DNA of 64,000 nt, from assembly GCA_963700635.1 (NCBI GenBank), contig CAVOYH010000004.1, positions 736,001-800,000 of the forward strand, written 5' to 3'. Every line of letters starts with the position of its first letter. Position 1 is the first letter of the stretch. The DNA is from an uncultured Bacteroidota bacterium. Lineage in GTDB: Bacteria > Bacteroidota > Ignavibacteria > UBA10030 > UBA6906. Shown piece after piece: positions 53,975 to 63,024 of the stretch. Under the pieces are notes generated by a model, which ran no database searches, was not told where the DNA came from, and saw nothing but the letters and a program-made list of their open reading frames with translations. The position numbers and the translations under genes are program-made.

Positions 53975-54003
53975 TTGACAGGCACGAATCACCTGATTAT
54001 ATT
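53975..54003 (+). promoter_or_regulatory. sigma70-type promoter facing the membrane protein/regulator operon
   Basis: TTGACA-ggcacgaatcacctgat(17)-TATATT. Confidence 0.7.
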
Positions 54004-54029
54004 GATCCACGTATTCTGACATATAGAAC

Positions 54030-55217
54030 ATGAACAGATTCTACATATCGGCTCGGAAGATCTTCTGGTTCTGGATCACCTTTGTGGCGATCTTCACCGG
54101 GGCGCTATGGTTCCTGCCGCATAGCAATTTGGCCCCGTCAGTTTTTACGAGTGTCGTCGCACAAGCGCTTCTCTTCCTGGTCGCTCTCGCTATTGTCCGG
54201 CATGAGAGCAACACTAAGAATAGATTCGTGTTTGCGAACTTTGCGCTTTTGTTCTCCGTTTCACTGGCTGCGGCTATCGCTCCCTTTATCGGACCAGGAT
54301 ACTCTCTTTTTACCGATTTACCTTATGCTCAATACTATTTTAACAATTACCTGCTGTTTGGCGCCTACGGCTTCCTTCTCGCGTTCGCAATAGTCTACCT
54401 CACCGTCGATGCGCTGTTCCGGGAATTTAAGACGGTCCAGAAATATCTCATCGCTTTCTCCATCGTGGGCATGTTCTTCGGACTCTATTTCCATGGCTTC
54501 CTCATCAACCCGAAGTACGCCTATACCACACAGGATGTCCTGGACTGGAAGACGATGGACAACGCTGCACGCATATATGAGGCGGAACACGGCGTAAAAC
54601 CCGATCCAGCCCAGCTTGCAGCCAGCACTGACATGTACGTCTGGAAGAACGGCTATTCGGTCGCTACGCTCCATCCCGATGCCAGAGATGCTCGCGTGGC
54701 TGAACTCTTTCCGTATCTGCACGACAAGAACTATAATGTGCTGCTCTCGAAACCCCTCATGTCCTACCTGATCTCAATGTCCGTGATCGGGATCGGCTTT
54801 ATCCTCCTTTTCTTCGGCTATCAGTACATGAAGGATCCGCCCCAGGGGGCGTATATCGAGAAGATGGTGTTCCTGTTCCTCCTCTTCTGCAGCATGGAAA
54901 TTCTCCATGGCTGGAGCGCCATCAACGTGCTCGAGTGGCAGTCGTTTTCTGAAATCGTGGGCGTCGGACAGTATGCTTCCGTCGGCGTCCTGCTCCTTAT
55001 CGCTGTTGTCTTCGGGCTCCGGCTCCGCTTTATCATGTCAGTCAAAGGGGAGTTCTACGAGCAGGAGCTCGAATCAAGTCCGACCGGCATTACCCGTTGG
55101 AGAGATGCGCTGGATACGATGGTTGTGGAAAGTTTCTTCAACCGAAAAGTCGTACACGGCCGCCTCTTTGCAACAACCGGCGGTAACAAGAACGATTCAA
55201 ATCCAACAACCAGGTAG
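54030..55217 (+). CDS. multi-pass membrane protein of unknown function (candidate sensor/receptor)
   Basis: About 5 TM, an ~85-aa soluble loop, about 3 TM and a ~60-aa C-terminal tail; no kinase motifs seen. Confidence 0.75.
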   Translation: MNRFYISARKIFWFWITFVAIFTGALWFLPHSNLAPSVFTSVVAQALLFLVALAIVRHESNTKNRFVFANFALLFSVSLAAAIAPFIGPGYSLFTDLPYAQYYFNNYLLFGAYGFLLAFAIVYLTVDALFREFKTVQKYLIAFSIVGMFFGLYFHGFLINPKYAYTTQDVLDWKTMDNAARIYEAEHGVKPDPAQLAASTDMYVWKNGYSVATLHPDARDARVAELFPYLHDKNYNVLLSKPLMSYLISMSVIGIGFILLFFGYQYMKDPPQGAYIEKMVFLFLLFCSMEILHGWSAINVLEWQSFSEIVGVGQYASVGVLLLIAVVFGLRLRFIMSVKGEFYEQELESSPTGITRWRDALDTMVVESFFNRKVVHGRLFATTGGNKNDSNPTTR

Positions 55218-55250
55218 GCGGAATACACCGCCCATACATGGGGAAGATAT

Positions 55251-56285
55251 ATGGATCCGAAAGAACATAAGAACAACGGCAACGACGGGGGGAAGGGGAA
55301 ACAGCAGTTTGAGTACCCTATCGTCGGAAAATCGCGCGCTGTTGACCAGCTTGTAAAACAGATCGCCGTCCTGGCGAAGTCACGCCGCGATATCGTGATT
55401 ATCGGCGAAGCCGGCATCGGCAAGGGCGCCGTGGCCAAGAATATCTATATCAACGGCAAGAATATCGGCCACGACGGACCGTTTATGTCCATCAACCTTT
55501 CGGTCGTGGATGACCGCGAACTGGAACTCCTGCTCTTCGGACAGGACCGGAACGGCCAGGGCGTCGAGCCCGCCGATACCCAGTCCGTCTTCGAACAGGG
55601 ACACCGCGGCACACTCCTGATCGAGGACCTGGAAGAAGCCAGCTTCCGTAATCAGATGAAAGTCCTGACGTTCATGAACGAACGGAAGGCCCGGAAGAAC
55701 AGGGGAGAGTCTGGCGGACCTATTGACCTGCGCCTGATCCTGACCATGAAGGGCGAGCCGTCTGTGCTCGTGGACCAGCGTACACTGCTGGATGAGCTCT
55801 ACGCCAAGATCAAGGACTTCGAAAAGATTGACATCCCCCCGCTGCGCCAGCGGCAGGAGGATATCCCGCTCCTTATCAAACACTTCACTTCCGAAATCTG
55901 CCGCGACCTCGGCGTCGCTGACCTTACGATCGATATCAACGCCGTGGATGTGCTCGTGCGACAGCCCTGGCGCGAGAATGTCCGCGAACTCAAAACCGTG
56001 ATCGATAAGTGCGTGCTCTTCTCCACCGACGGCCGGTTTATGCTCCCGCCGGAACTGGTTGACGAGAAGACGGAAGTCGTGAAGATGATCAACAATATCA
56101 AAGCCGGCCAGGAGTTTGTGCTGGACCGCTCTCTGGACGTGATCGAGAAGGGCATTATCGAACGGTCACTGGAGAAGTTCGGATTTAATCAGTCCAAAGC
56201 GGCGCAGTTCCTGGGCATGACGGAACAGACGTTCCGCTACAAACTGAAACGGCTGGGAATCGCAAGCGCCCGCGCGCGCTCGTAG
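55251..56285 (+). CDS. atypical NtrC-family AAA+/Fis-HTH regulator lacking an N-terminal input domain
   Basis: GEAGIGKG, IPPLRQRQEDIP, PWRENVREL, NQSKAAQFLG; no GAFTGA. Confidence 0.88.
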   Translation: MDPKEHKNNGNDGGKGKQQFEYPIVGKSRAVDQLVKQIAVLAKSRRDIVIIGEAGIGKGAVAKNIYINGKNIGHDGPFMSINLSVVDDRELELLLFGQDRNGQGVEPADTQSVFEQGHRGTLLIEDLEEASFRNQMKVLTFMNERKARKNRGESGGPIDLRLILTMKGEPSVLVDQRTLLDELYAKIKDFEKIDIPPLRQRQEDIPLLIKHFTSEICRDLGVADLTIDINAVDVLVRQPWRENVRELKTVIDKCVLFSTDGRFMLPPELVDEKTEVVKMINNIKAGQEFVLDRSLDVIEKGIIERSLEKFGFNQSKAAQFLGMTEQTFRYKLKRLGIASARARS

Positions 56286-56360
56286 ACCGGCTGATAGACG
56301 CAGGCGCAGCTTTACGGATGGCGCAAAGAGAGGTTACCCTTTCTTTGCGCCATTCGCGTT

Positions 56361-57465
56361 CTAACCCTGCACCCGGCCTTTCCAGATTACCTTGCTGCCT
56401 GTCAGGACAATCGGAGGGAACACCAGCACGTAGAAGAAGTAGTAGAGTTCGTAAAACAGGAAACACGGGCAACAACCCCCACCGCCTGAATCGCGCGATG
56501 ATCGGCAGGCTCAGCAGCAGATCGGCCCCCACCTTCAACCCCAACGCGACCAGCACACCCTCTGTATTCATAGCCAGCCCCACAAGAATCAACAGATGGA
56601 ACAACCAGGCGCCGGCAAAGATGAGAATACTCCTGGCATCCATCCCCTTACCTCCCGTAAACCAGCGCTTCCGCTGACGGAACAGGTCCCTCCAGGTGGG
56701 ACAGGGTTCACTCTCCACAACGGTCGCAAGGTCCATCGGAAAACGGGCTTCGTACTTCGTGCGGGAGGTGACGGCGTGAAACAACGCGTAGTCCTCTGTG
56801 ACACTGAACGGAATACCATCGTATCCGCCCGACTGCATCGTAGGCCGCACGGCGGACCGTAAAATTTGTGCCGACAGCCGTGACCGGGATACCCAGCCGC
56901 GTGGTGGCCGAAGCAACGGAAAACAACACAAACCAGTCCATCGTCTGGATTGCTTCAAAAAGGTTCTTATACCTGATAGCGGTAAAGCCCGGAACAAGCC
57001 CGATGGTCTCATCAGTATAGTACTTTACCGTTTCCTCCACCCAGGCCGGCGGCACGGCGCAGTCGGCATCGGTCATCAACAGGATCTCTCCCGTGGAGGC
57101 GGCAATCCCCTGTGCAACGGCGTTCGTTTTGCCCATCAGGTGGCCCGTACCGGGGGTGGCATGGACCGTCCGGATCACCGGAAAACGGCCTGCATAGTCT
57201 TCAATGATTGCCGGCGTGGCGTCCGTTGAGCGGTCGTTGATGACGATCACTTCGAGCAAGTCACGCGGATAGGTCAGGCGCGAGATCGCATCCAGGCAGT
57301 TCCCGATGTTGGCTTCTTCGTTCCGTGCGGCGATGATCACTGAAACTTTAGGCCGGTATTTTCTGTTTTGTGTGTAGCGAGCAAACAACGCAACAACCGC
57401 AAGGGAAACCATCCCTGCGGCGTACAGAGTGCCGAGAATCAGAAGCACGACGTCAAGCACGGACA
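56361..57465 (-). CDS. membrane GT2 glycosyltransferase, two apparent frameshifts (near 56820 and 56455)
   Basis: IIAARNEE, NDRSTD, TDADC; TED and QRKRW in a second frame; WKGR terminus in a third. Confidence 0.8.
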
Positions 57466-57622
57466 CCTTACCGTTATTGAGGACAAAGGGGTAAAAAAGA
57501 ATACTGAATTCCCGTTCTGGAAGCAAGGCGGGGATTTTGCACTTTCCCGATGTTTGTGTATATTAAGGACATCGTTTTCCTGTCACCGGCACTAAAAATC
57601 CACAAATTCTCAAGGAGGACCC

Positions 57623-57988
57623 ATGAAACTATCATCATTATTCGCCCTCGCGGCGATGCTCCTCATCTCCACGGTTGCCTTCGCGCAGGTCGTGGAAGTG
57701 GGCGAATTTGCTGCAACCCCGGGGAGCGAAGGCTACTCGCTGCAGGGCGGAAAAGGCGAACGTACATTTATCTCGGTTGTTGGATTCGAAAAATCCTACA
57801 GCACCCCACCCCAGGTGGTCGTGTCTCTGGCCGGCTATGATGCCACCGCCGGAACCGACAACACCATCCGGGTGCAGGTGAGCGCGACAAAAGTCACGAA
57901 GGCCGGATTCGTCCTGCGCGTAAAAACCTGGGGCGATGGGAAGGTTGGCTCTGTGTGGGGGAACTGGGTGGCCGTGGGTGTGAAGTAA
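57623..57988 (+). CDS. secreted H-type lectin domain protein
   Basis: Signal peptide (AFA), F.K.Y..PPQVVVSL.G.D...RV......VT..GF....TW.D......WVA. Confidence 0.75.
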   Translation: MKLSSLFALAAMLLISTVAFAQVVEVGEFAATPGSEGYSLQGGKGERTFISVVGFEKSYSTPPQVVVSLAGYDATAGTDNTIRVQVSATKVTKAGFVLRVKTWGDGKVGSVWGNWVAVGVK

Positions 57989-58084
57989 CTGTTGCGCGTC
58001 TCGCGCATACTGCAATGAGCATCATTCGTGCGGGCTGCCAGTGAACCGGGAGCCCGCACGTTTTTTTCCACCGGAGATCCTTCC

Positions 58085-59575
58085 ATGAGCGACCCTGATC
58101 TGGATAAACCGCGCTGCCACTGCGCCGTGTTCGGCGTGTTCGGCCACCCTGCCGCCGCACAACTTGCCTATTACGGCCTGCTGGCACAACAACACCGCGG
58201 ACAGGAAGGCTCGGGAATCGTGACGTGCGAATTCGACGAAACCAAACAGAAACACCGGTTCCACGTTCATAAAGACTTCGGACTCGTCAATGACGTCTAC
58301 CTGGACGAGCGAATCCTGACCGATACGCTCCGCGGATCGTCAGCCATCGGACACAACCGCTATTCCACCGCAGGGTCAGCCAATAACAAAGCAAACATCC
58401 AGCCGTTTACCGTGATGTACAAGGCCGGCAACCTGGCGATCGCCCACAACGGCAACCTGACAAACTTCCGGGAGATCCGGCAACGGCTGCAGGATTCAGG
58501 CACGATCTTTCAGACCACCTCCGACACGGAAATACTCCTCCACCTGATCGCACGCAGCGATAAGAAAGACCAGCTGGAGCAGATCCGGGATGCAATTTCC
58601 CAGGTGAAGGGCGCCTTCTCACTGGTGATCCTCACCGATAACCGGCTTATCGCTGCACGGGACCACCACGGCTTCCGCCCGCTCGCTATCGGAAAAAAAG
58701 GCGGCGCGTTTTTTGTCGCCTCCGAAACTGTGGGGTTCGATATCATTGACGCCGAATACGTGCGCGATGTGGAGCCGGGGGAAATTGTGGTCTTTGACGA
58801 GGCTGCCCTCGCCGCCGGAAAACCGCATTCGATGCGGATCGACGATCAACCAGCAGAGCCGCACCACTGTATCTTTGAATTTATCTACTTCTCACGCCCC
58901 GACAGTCAGATCTTCGGACATAGCGTGGACAAGGTGCGCCGGAAACTCGGGAAAACCCTCGCCATCGCCAGACCGGTAACACCCAAGGCGGAAAATGAAA
59001 AACAGATCGTGATCAATGTGCCCGACTCCAGCAATACCGCGACGATGGGGTTCGTGCAACAAACCAATAAAATGGGCGGCACGGCTAAACTGGAAATCGG
59101 ATTGATCCGCAGCCACTACATCGGACGCACATTCATCCAGCCGCGGCAGGAAGTGCGGCAGAACAAGGTGAAGACGAAGTTTAACATCGTGAAGGGCGTC
59201 CTGAAAGACCGCGTGGTGGTGATCGTGGATGATTCTATCGTACGCGGGACAACGTCCAGACAGCTTGTGCAGCTTGTAAAACAGGCCGGGCCCAAAGAAG
59301 TACATTTCCGGGTGACCGCCCCGCCAATTATGTACCCGTGCCACTACGGCATGGACTTCCCGACGCAGACAGAACTGATTGCCCATGAAAAAGACGGCGA
59401 TATCGACGCCATCGCCCGACAGCTCGGCGTGGATAGTCTGGGTTATCTGACCATCGAGGAAATGTTGAGCGCCGCTCCACACGATGCGGGGGAGAACTAC
59501 TGCACCGCCTGCTTCAGCGGGAAATATCCGGTTGCCGTGGACACCCGCCAATCAAAAGAAGAACATGAGGCCTGA
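58085..59575 (+). CDS. purF: amidophosphoribosyltransferase
   Basis: CAVFG, QHRGQE, GHNRYST, HNGNL, VDDSIVRGTT, CTACF. Confidence 0.97.
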   Translation: MSDPDLDKPRCHCAVFGVFGHPAAAQLAYYGLLAQQHRGQEGSGIVTCEFDETKQKHRFHVHKDFGLVNDVYLDERILTDTLRGSSAIGHNRYSTAGSANNKANIQPFTVMYKAGNLAIAHNGNLTNFREIRQRLQDSGTIFQTTSDTEILLHLIARSDKKDQLEQIRDAISQVKGAFSLVILTDNRLIAARDHHGFRPLAIGKKGGAFFVASETVGFDIIDAEYVRDVEPGEIVVFDEAALAAGKPHSMRIDDQPAEPHHCIFEFIYFSRPDSQIFGHSVDKVRRKLGKTLAIARPVTPKAENEKQIVINVPDSSNTATMGFVQQTNKMGGTAKLEIGLIRSHYIGRTFIQPRQEVRQNKVKTKFNIVKGVLKDRVVVIVDDSIVRGTTSRQLVQLVKQAGPKEVHFRVTAPPIMYPCHYGMDFPTQTELIAHEKDGDIDAIARQLGVDSLGYLTIEEMLSAAPHDAGENYCTACFSGKYPVAVDTRQSKEEHEA

Positions 59576-59605
59576 CCGGCCCGTGCCGGTTACCTTCAGC
59601 CGCCT

Positions 59606-60148
59606 ATGAAACGTGACCTGTTCACGATCCCGAACCTCCTCAGCGCTGTGCGTATGTTCCTTGCCGTTCCGTTTGCGCTGGTGATGACCTCCGAGATTGC
59701 CGGTGCCCGATGGTGGGGCGTGGGAATTATACTGGCCGGGATGCTGACCGACAAGCTGGACGGGGATCTGGCCCGCTACCTCCACTGCGAATCGGAATGG
59801 GGAAGGATCCTTGACCCCCTGGCCGACAAGGTGGCCGTCGCGACCGTTTCGCTCGTGCTTCTCTGGCTCGGGGTGGTGCCACTCTGGTTTGTGCTCCTGT
59901 TGATCCTCCGCGACCTGCTTATTCTCGCGGGCGGACTGTACCTAAAAAAACGGACGGGAGAAATTCTCCCCTCCAATACCGCCGGAAAGATTGCCGTCGG
60001 GGTGATCGCCGCGACATTACTTCTGGCTCTGATCGACAATACCATGCTCATCGTGACCGTGGGGCTCTGGTTGAGCGTGGTCATGGTTCTGGTTTCTACG
60101 GCCGGCTATCTGGGCCGGTTTCGTGCCGTTTTGCGCGAGGGAAGGTAA
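59606..60148 (+). CDS. CDP-alcohol phosphatidyltransferase (PgsA-like)
   Basis: TIPNLLS, TDKLDGDLAR...G.ILDPLADK. Confidence 0.9.
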   Translation: MKRDLFTIPNLLSAVRMFLAVPFALVMTSEIAGARWWGVGIILAGMLTDKLDGDLARYLHCESEWGRILDPLADKVAVATVSLVLLWLGVVPLWFVLLLILRDLLILAGGLYLKKRTGEILPSNTAGKIAVGVIAATLLLALIDNTMLIVTVGLWLSVVMVLVSTAGYLGRFRAVLREGR

Positions 60149-60154
60149 TACCGT

Positions 60155-61099
60155 ATGGGTTTGCTGGATAAATTCGGCATCGGAAAACTGAAGCAGGGGC
60201 TGACCAAAACTCGCGAGGGTCTGGTGGGCACGGTGACCCGGATCCTGACGGGTGCGCCGGCTATCGACGAAAAACTTTTTGAACACCTCGAGGAATCCCT
60301 GATCGCCGGGGATGTGGGGGCCGGCACGGCGGGTCAGATTATCGAAGGGCTCCGCCGCCGCATCAAGGAAACCCCGCCCGAGTCTGCCGCCGGGATCCTC
60401 CCGCTCCTGCAACAGGAGATCGCCGACCAACTCCGGACAACGGAAGGGAAAGAGCCCGCCGCACCATTCTCACTCCCGGCTGAACGTCCGTATGTGATTC
60501 TGGTGGTCGGCATTAACGGCGTCGGAAAAACCACGACCATCGGCAAACTTGCACACCGCTACACTTCGAACGGCAACAAGGTCTTAATTGCCGCCGCGGA
60601 TACGTTCAGGGCCGCCGCCGGTGAACAGCTTGAAATATGGGCGAAGCGCGCGGGGGCGGACATCGTTCAACAGAAACAGGGCGCCGATCCGGCAGCCGTG
60701 GCGTTTGACGCAGTCAAAGCCGCCGTTTCCCGGAAAAGCGACGTGGTGATCATCGATACAGCCGGCCGTTTGCATACGCGCGTGAATCTGATGGAGGAGC
60801 TGAAAAAGATCGGCCGCGTGATCGGGAAACAATTTCCTGCGGCTCCGCATGAAGTGCTCCTGATCATCGATGCGTCAACCGGTCAGAACGGACTCCAGCA
60901 GGCGAAGCAGTTCGGCGCCGCCGTGGGCGTGACCGGCCTGGTACTGACAAAACTTGATGGCACCGCAAAAGGCGGCATCGTGCTGGCCATCACCCGCGAC
61001 ATGAAGATCCCCGTCCGCTATATCGGCGTCGGGGAAAAAGTGGACGACCTCCAGCCGTTCAGCCCGTCGGATTTTGTCGAGGCAATGTTCCAGGCATGA
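60155..61099 (+). CDS. ftsY: signal recognition particle receptor
   Basis: GINGVGKTTT, DTFRAAA, DTAGR, TKLDGTAKGG. Confidence 0.97.
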   Translation: MGLLDKFGIGKLKQGLTKTREGLVGTVTRILTGAPAIDEKLFEHLEESLIAGDVGAGTAGQIIEGLRRRIKETPPESAAGILPLLQQEIADQLRTTEGKEPAAPFSLPAERPYVILVVGINGVGKTTTIGKLAHRYTSNGNKVLIAAADTFRAAAGEQLEIWAKRAGADIVQQKQGADPAAVAFDAVKAAVSRKSDVVIIDTAGRLHTRVNLMEELKKIGRVIGKQFPAAPHEVLLIIDASTGQNGLQQAKQFGAAVGVTGLVLTKLDGTAKGGIVLAITRDMKIPVRYIGVGEKVDDLQPFSPSDFVEAMFQA

Positions 61100-62937
61100 C
61101 TCCCGACCCCATCACACGCCGCCGCGTGGCGGTGCTCCCTGACCATCTCGCCAACAAGATCGCCGCCGGTGAGGTGATCCAGCGCCCGGAATCCGTTGTG
61201 AAGGAACTGCTGGAGAACGCGCTGGATGCCGGTGCGTCGACGCTGCAGGTGATTATCAAGGAGGGGGGGAAGGATTCTATTCAGGTCTCGGACGATGGCT
61301 ATGGCATGGATGAGCAGGATGCGGTGCTTTCGTTCCGCCGCCATGCCACGAGCAAGATCGCGACCTACGAAGAGCTTGAAGAAATCCGCACGTACGGGTT
61401 CCGGGGCGAAGCGCTTGCATCCATCGCTGCCGTCGCGCAGGTGACGATGAAAACCCGGCGTGAAGAGGATGAGATGGCTGTGGTCGTAAAAACCGCAGGG
61501 GAAGGGGAGCCGGAAATATCACGCGACGCCCGGGCACGCGGCACGACCGTCACGGTCCAGAACCTTTTCTTCAACGTCCCCGCGCGCCGCAAATTTCTGA
61601 AAACCACGAATACCGAGTTCCGCCACATCCACGACGTCGTGCAGCGTACCGCTCTCGCCCACCCGGAACTTTCGCTGGAGTTTGTGAGCGACGGCGATGT
61701 AATATTCCGCCTGAAACCGTCATCTCTGGAACAACGCCTGCTGGATGTGCTGGGCCAGCGTGCGTTTGACTCGATGATCCCCCTGCAGGAGCAGACTGAA
61801 TTCCTGTCAGTGACCGGGTACATCGGCAAGCCCCAGTTCGGACAGAAAACCAGAATGGGGCAGTACCTCTTTCTGAACGGCAGGTTCATCGTCAGCAAGA
61901 GTATAAGCCATGCCGTCCATAGCGCCTACGAGCACCTTCTTCTGAAGGGGAGTTTTCCGTTTTTCCTGCTCTTCCTGGAGATTGATCCGCGCAGAATTGA
62001 CGTGAATGTCCATCCTTCAAAGATGGAAGCCAAGTTTGATGATGAACAGGGGGTGCACCGTTTTGTGGCGTCCATTTCGCGTAAGGCGCTCGCAGAATCA
62101 GGAGCGGTGCCGGTTCTCAGCACTGCACAGGATGGCCTTCCGTCAGAGGGAATCGGGCTGCGCTTTACGGGACGTCAGCATGACTGGCAGACCGGAACGG
62201 GGCAGGGAAGCGCCCGGTGGGAATTCCCGGAACGGGGGCGTGTGGATCCGGAGACGGGCGAAGTGCTCCCACCACCGTCGGGCCTGAGCCAGGCCGACCT
62301 GCTGTTCGGCACACTCCCTCCGTCGGCCCAGATGCAATCGCATGACGGCGACCGTCCGGAAGCGGGCACGTCACAATTACTCTGGCAACTCCACAACCGG
62401 TACATCTTCTCCCAGATCCGCAACGGTGTGATGATTGTGGACCAGCACGTCGCGCATGAACGTATCCTGTACGAGCAGTCGCTGGACCGGCTGGACCGCG
62501 GCCTGCGGACCTCCCAGCAGCTGCTTTTTCCGGTGACGCTGGAGCTGACGCCGGGAGACGCGGCATTGTTCGAAGAGCTTATGCCGTACTTCGAGCAGCT
62601 TGGATTTGATGCAAAGCCGTTTGGGAAGAATACCGTTCTGATCCAGGGAGTGCCGCACGACGTGAAGTCGGGTCATGAAAAAAATATCATGCACGAGATG
62701 CTCGAACAGTACAAGGAATATCAGCAGCATGCGCCGACGGATGTGCGGGATAACATGGCCAAGGCCTTTGCCTGCAAATCAGCCATCAAGTCAGGCGATC
62801 CTCTCACGGAAACGGAAATGCGGTCGCTGATTGACCAGCTTTTTGCCACGCGTATGCCGTACGTCTGTCCGCACGGCCGCCCCGTCGTGCTGAGGATTTC
62901 CACGGATGAACTGGACCGGCGGTTCGGCCGGAAATAG
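61096..62937 (+). CDS. mutL: DNA mismatch repair endonuclease
   Basis: IAAGEVIQRP, GFRGEAL, DQHVAHERILYE, ACK, CPHGRP. Confidence 0.97.
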   Translation: MTPDPITRRRVAVLPDHLANKIAAGEVIQRPESVVKELLENALDAGASTLQVIIKEGGKDSIQVSDDGYGMDEQDAVLSFRRHATSKIATYEELEEIRTYGFRGEALASIAAVAQVTMKTRREEDEMAVVVKTAGEGEPEISRDARARGTTVTVQNLFFNVPARRKFLKTTNTEFRHIHDVVQRTALAHPELSLEFVSDGDVIFRLKPSSLEQRLLDVLGQRAFDSMIPLQEQTEFLSVTGYIGKPQFGQKTRMGQYLFLNGRFIVSKSISHAVHSAYEHLLLKGSFPFFLLFLEIDPRRIDVNVHPSKMEAKFDDEQGVHRFVASISRKALAESGAVPVLSTAQDGLPSEGIGLRFTGRQHDWQTGTGQGSARWEFPERGRVDPETGEVLPPPSGLSQADLLFGTLPPSAQMQSHDGDRPEAGTSQLLWQLHNRYIFSQIRNGVMIVDQHVAHERILYEQSLDRLDRGLRTSQQLLFPVTLELTPGDAALFEELMPYFEQLGFDAKPFGKNTVLIQGVPHDVKSGHEKNIMHEMLEQYKEYQQHAPTDVRDNMAKAFACKSAIKSGDPLTETEMRSLIDQLFATRMPYVCPHGRPVVLRISTDELDRRFGRK

Positions 62938-63024
62938 GAGCACGCGGGCGGAGCCGCTGCTCCCGATGCAAATAAGTTTGAAAGTGCGTATTTTACTGTG
63001 CAAGAATGAGGAGAAGAGGGGCTG

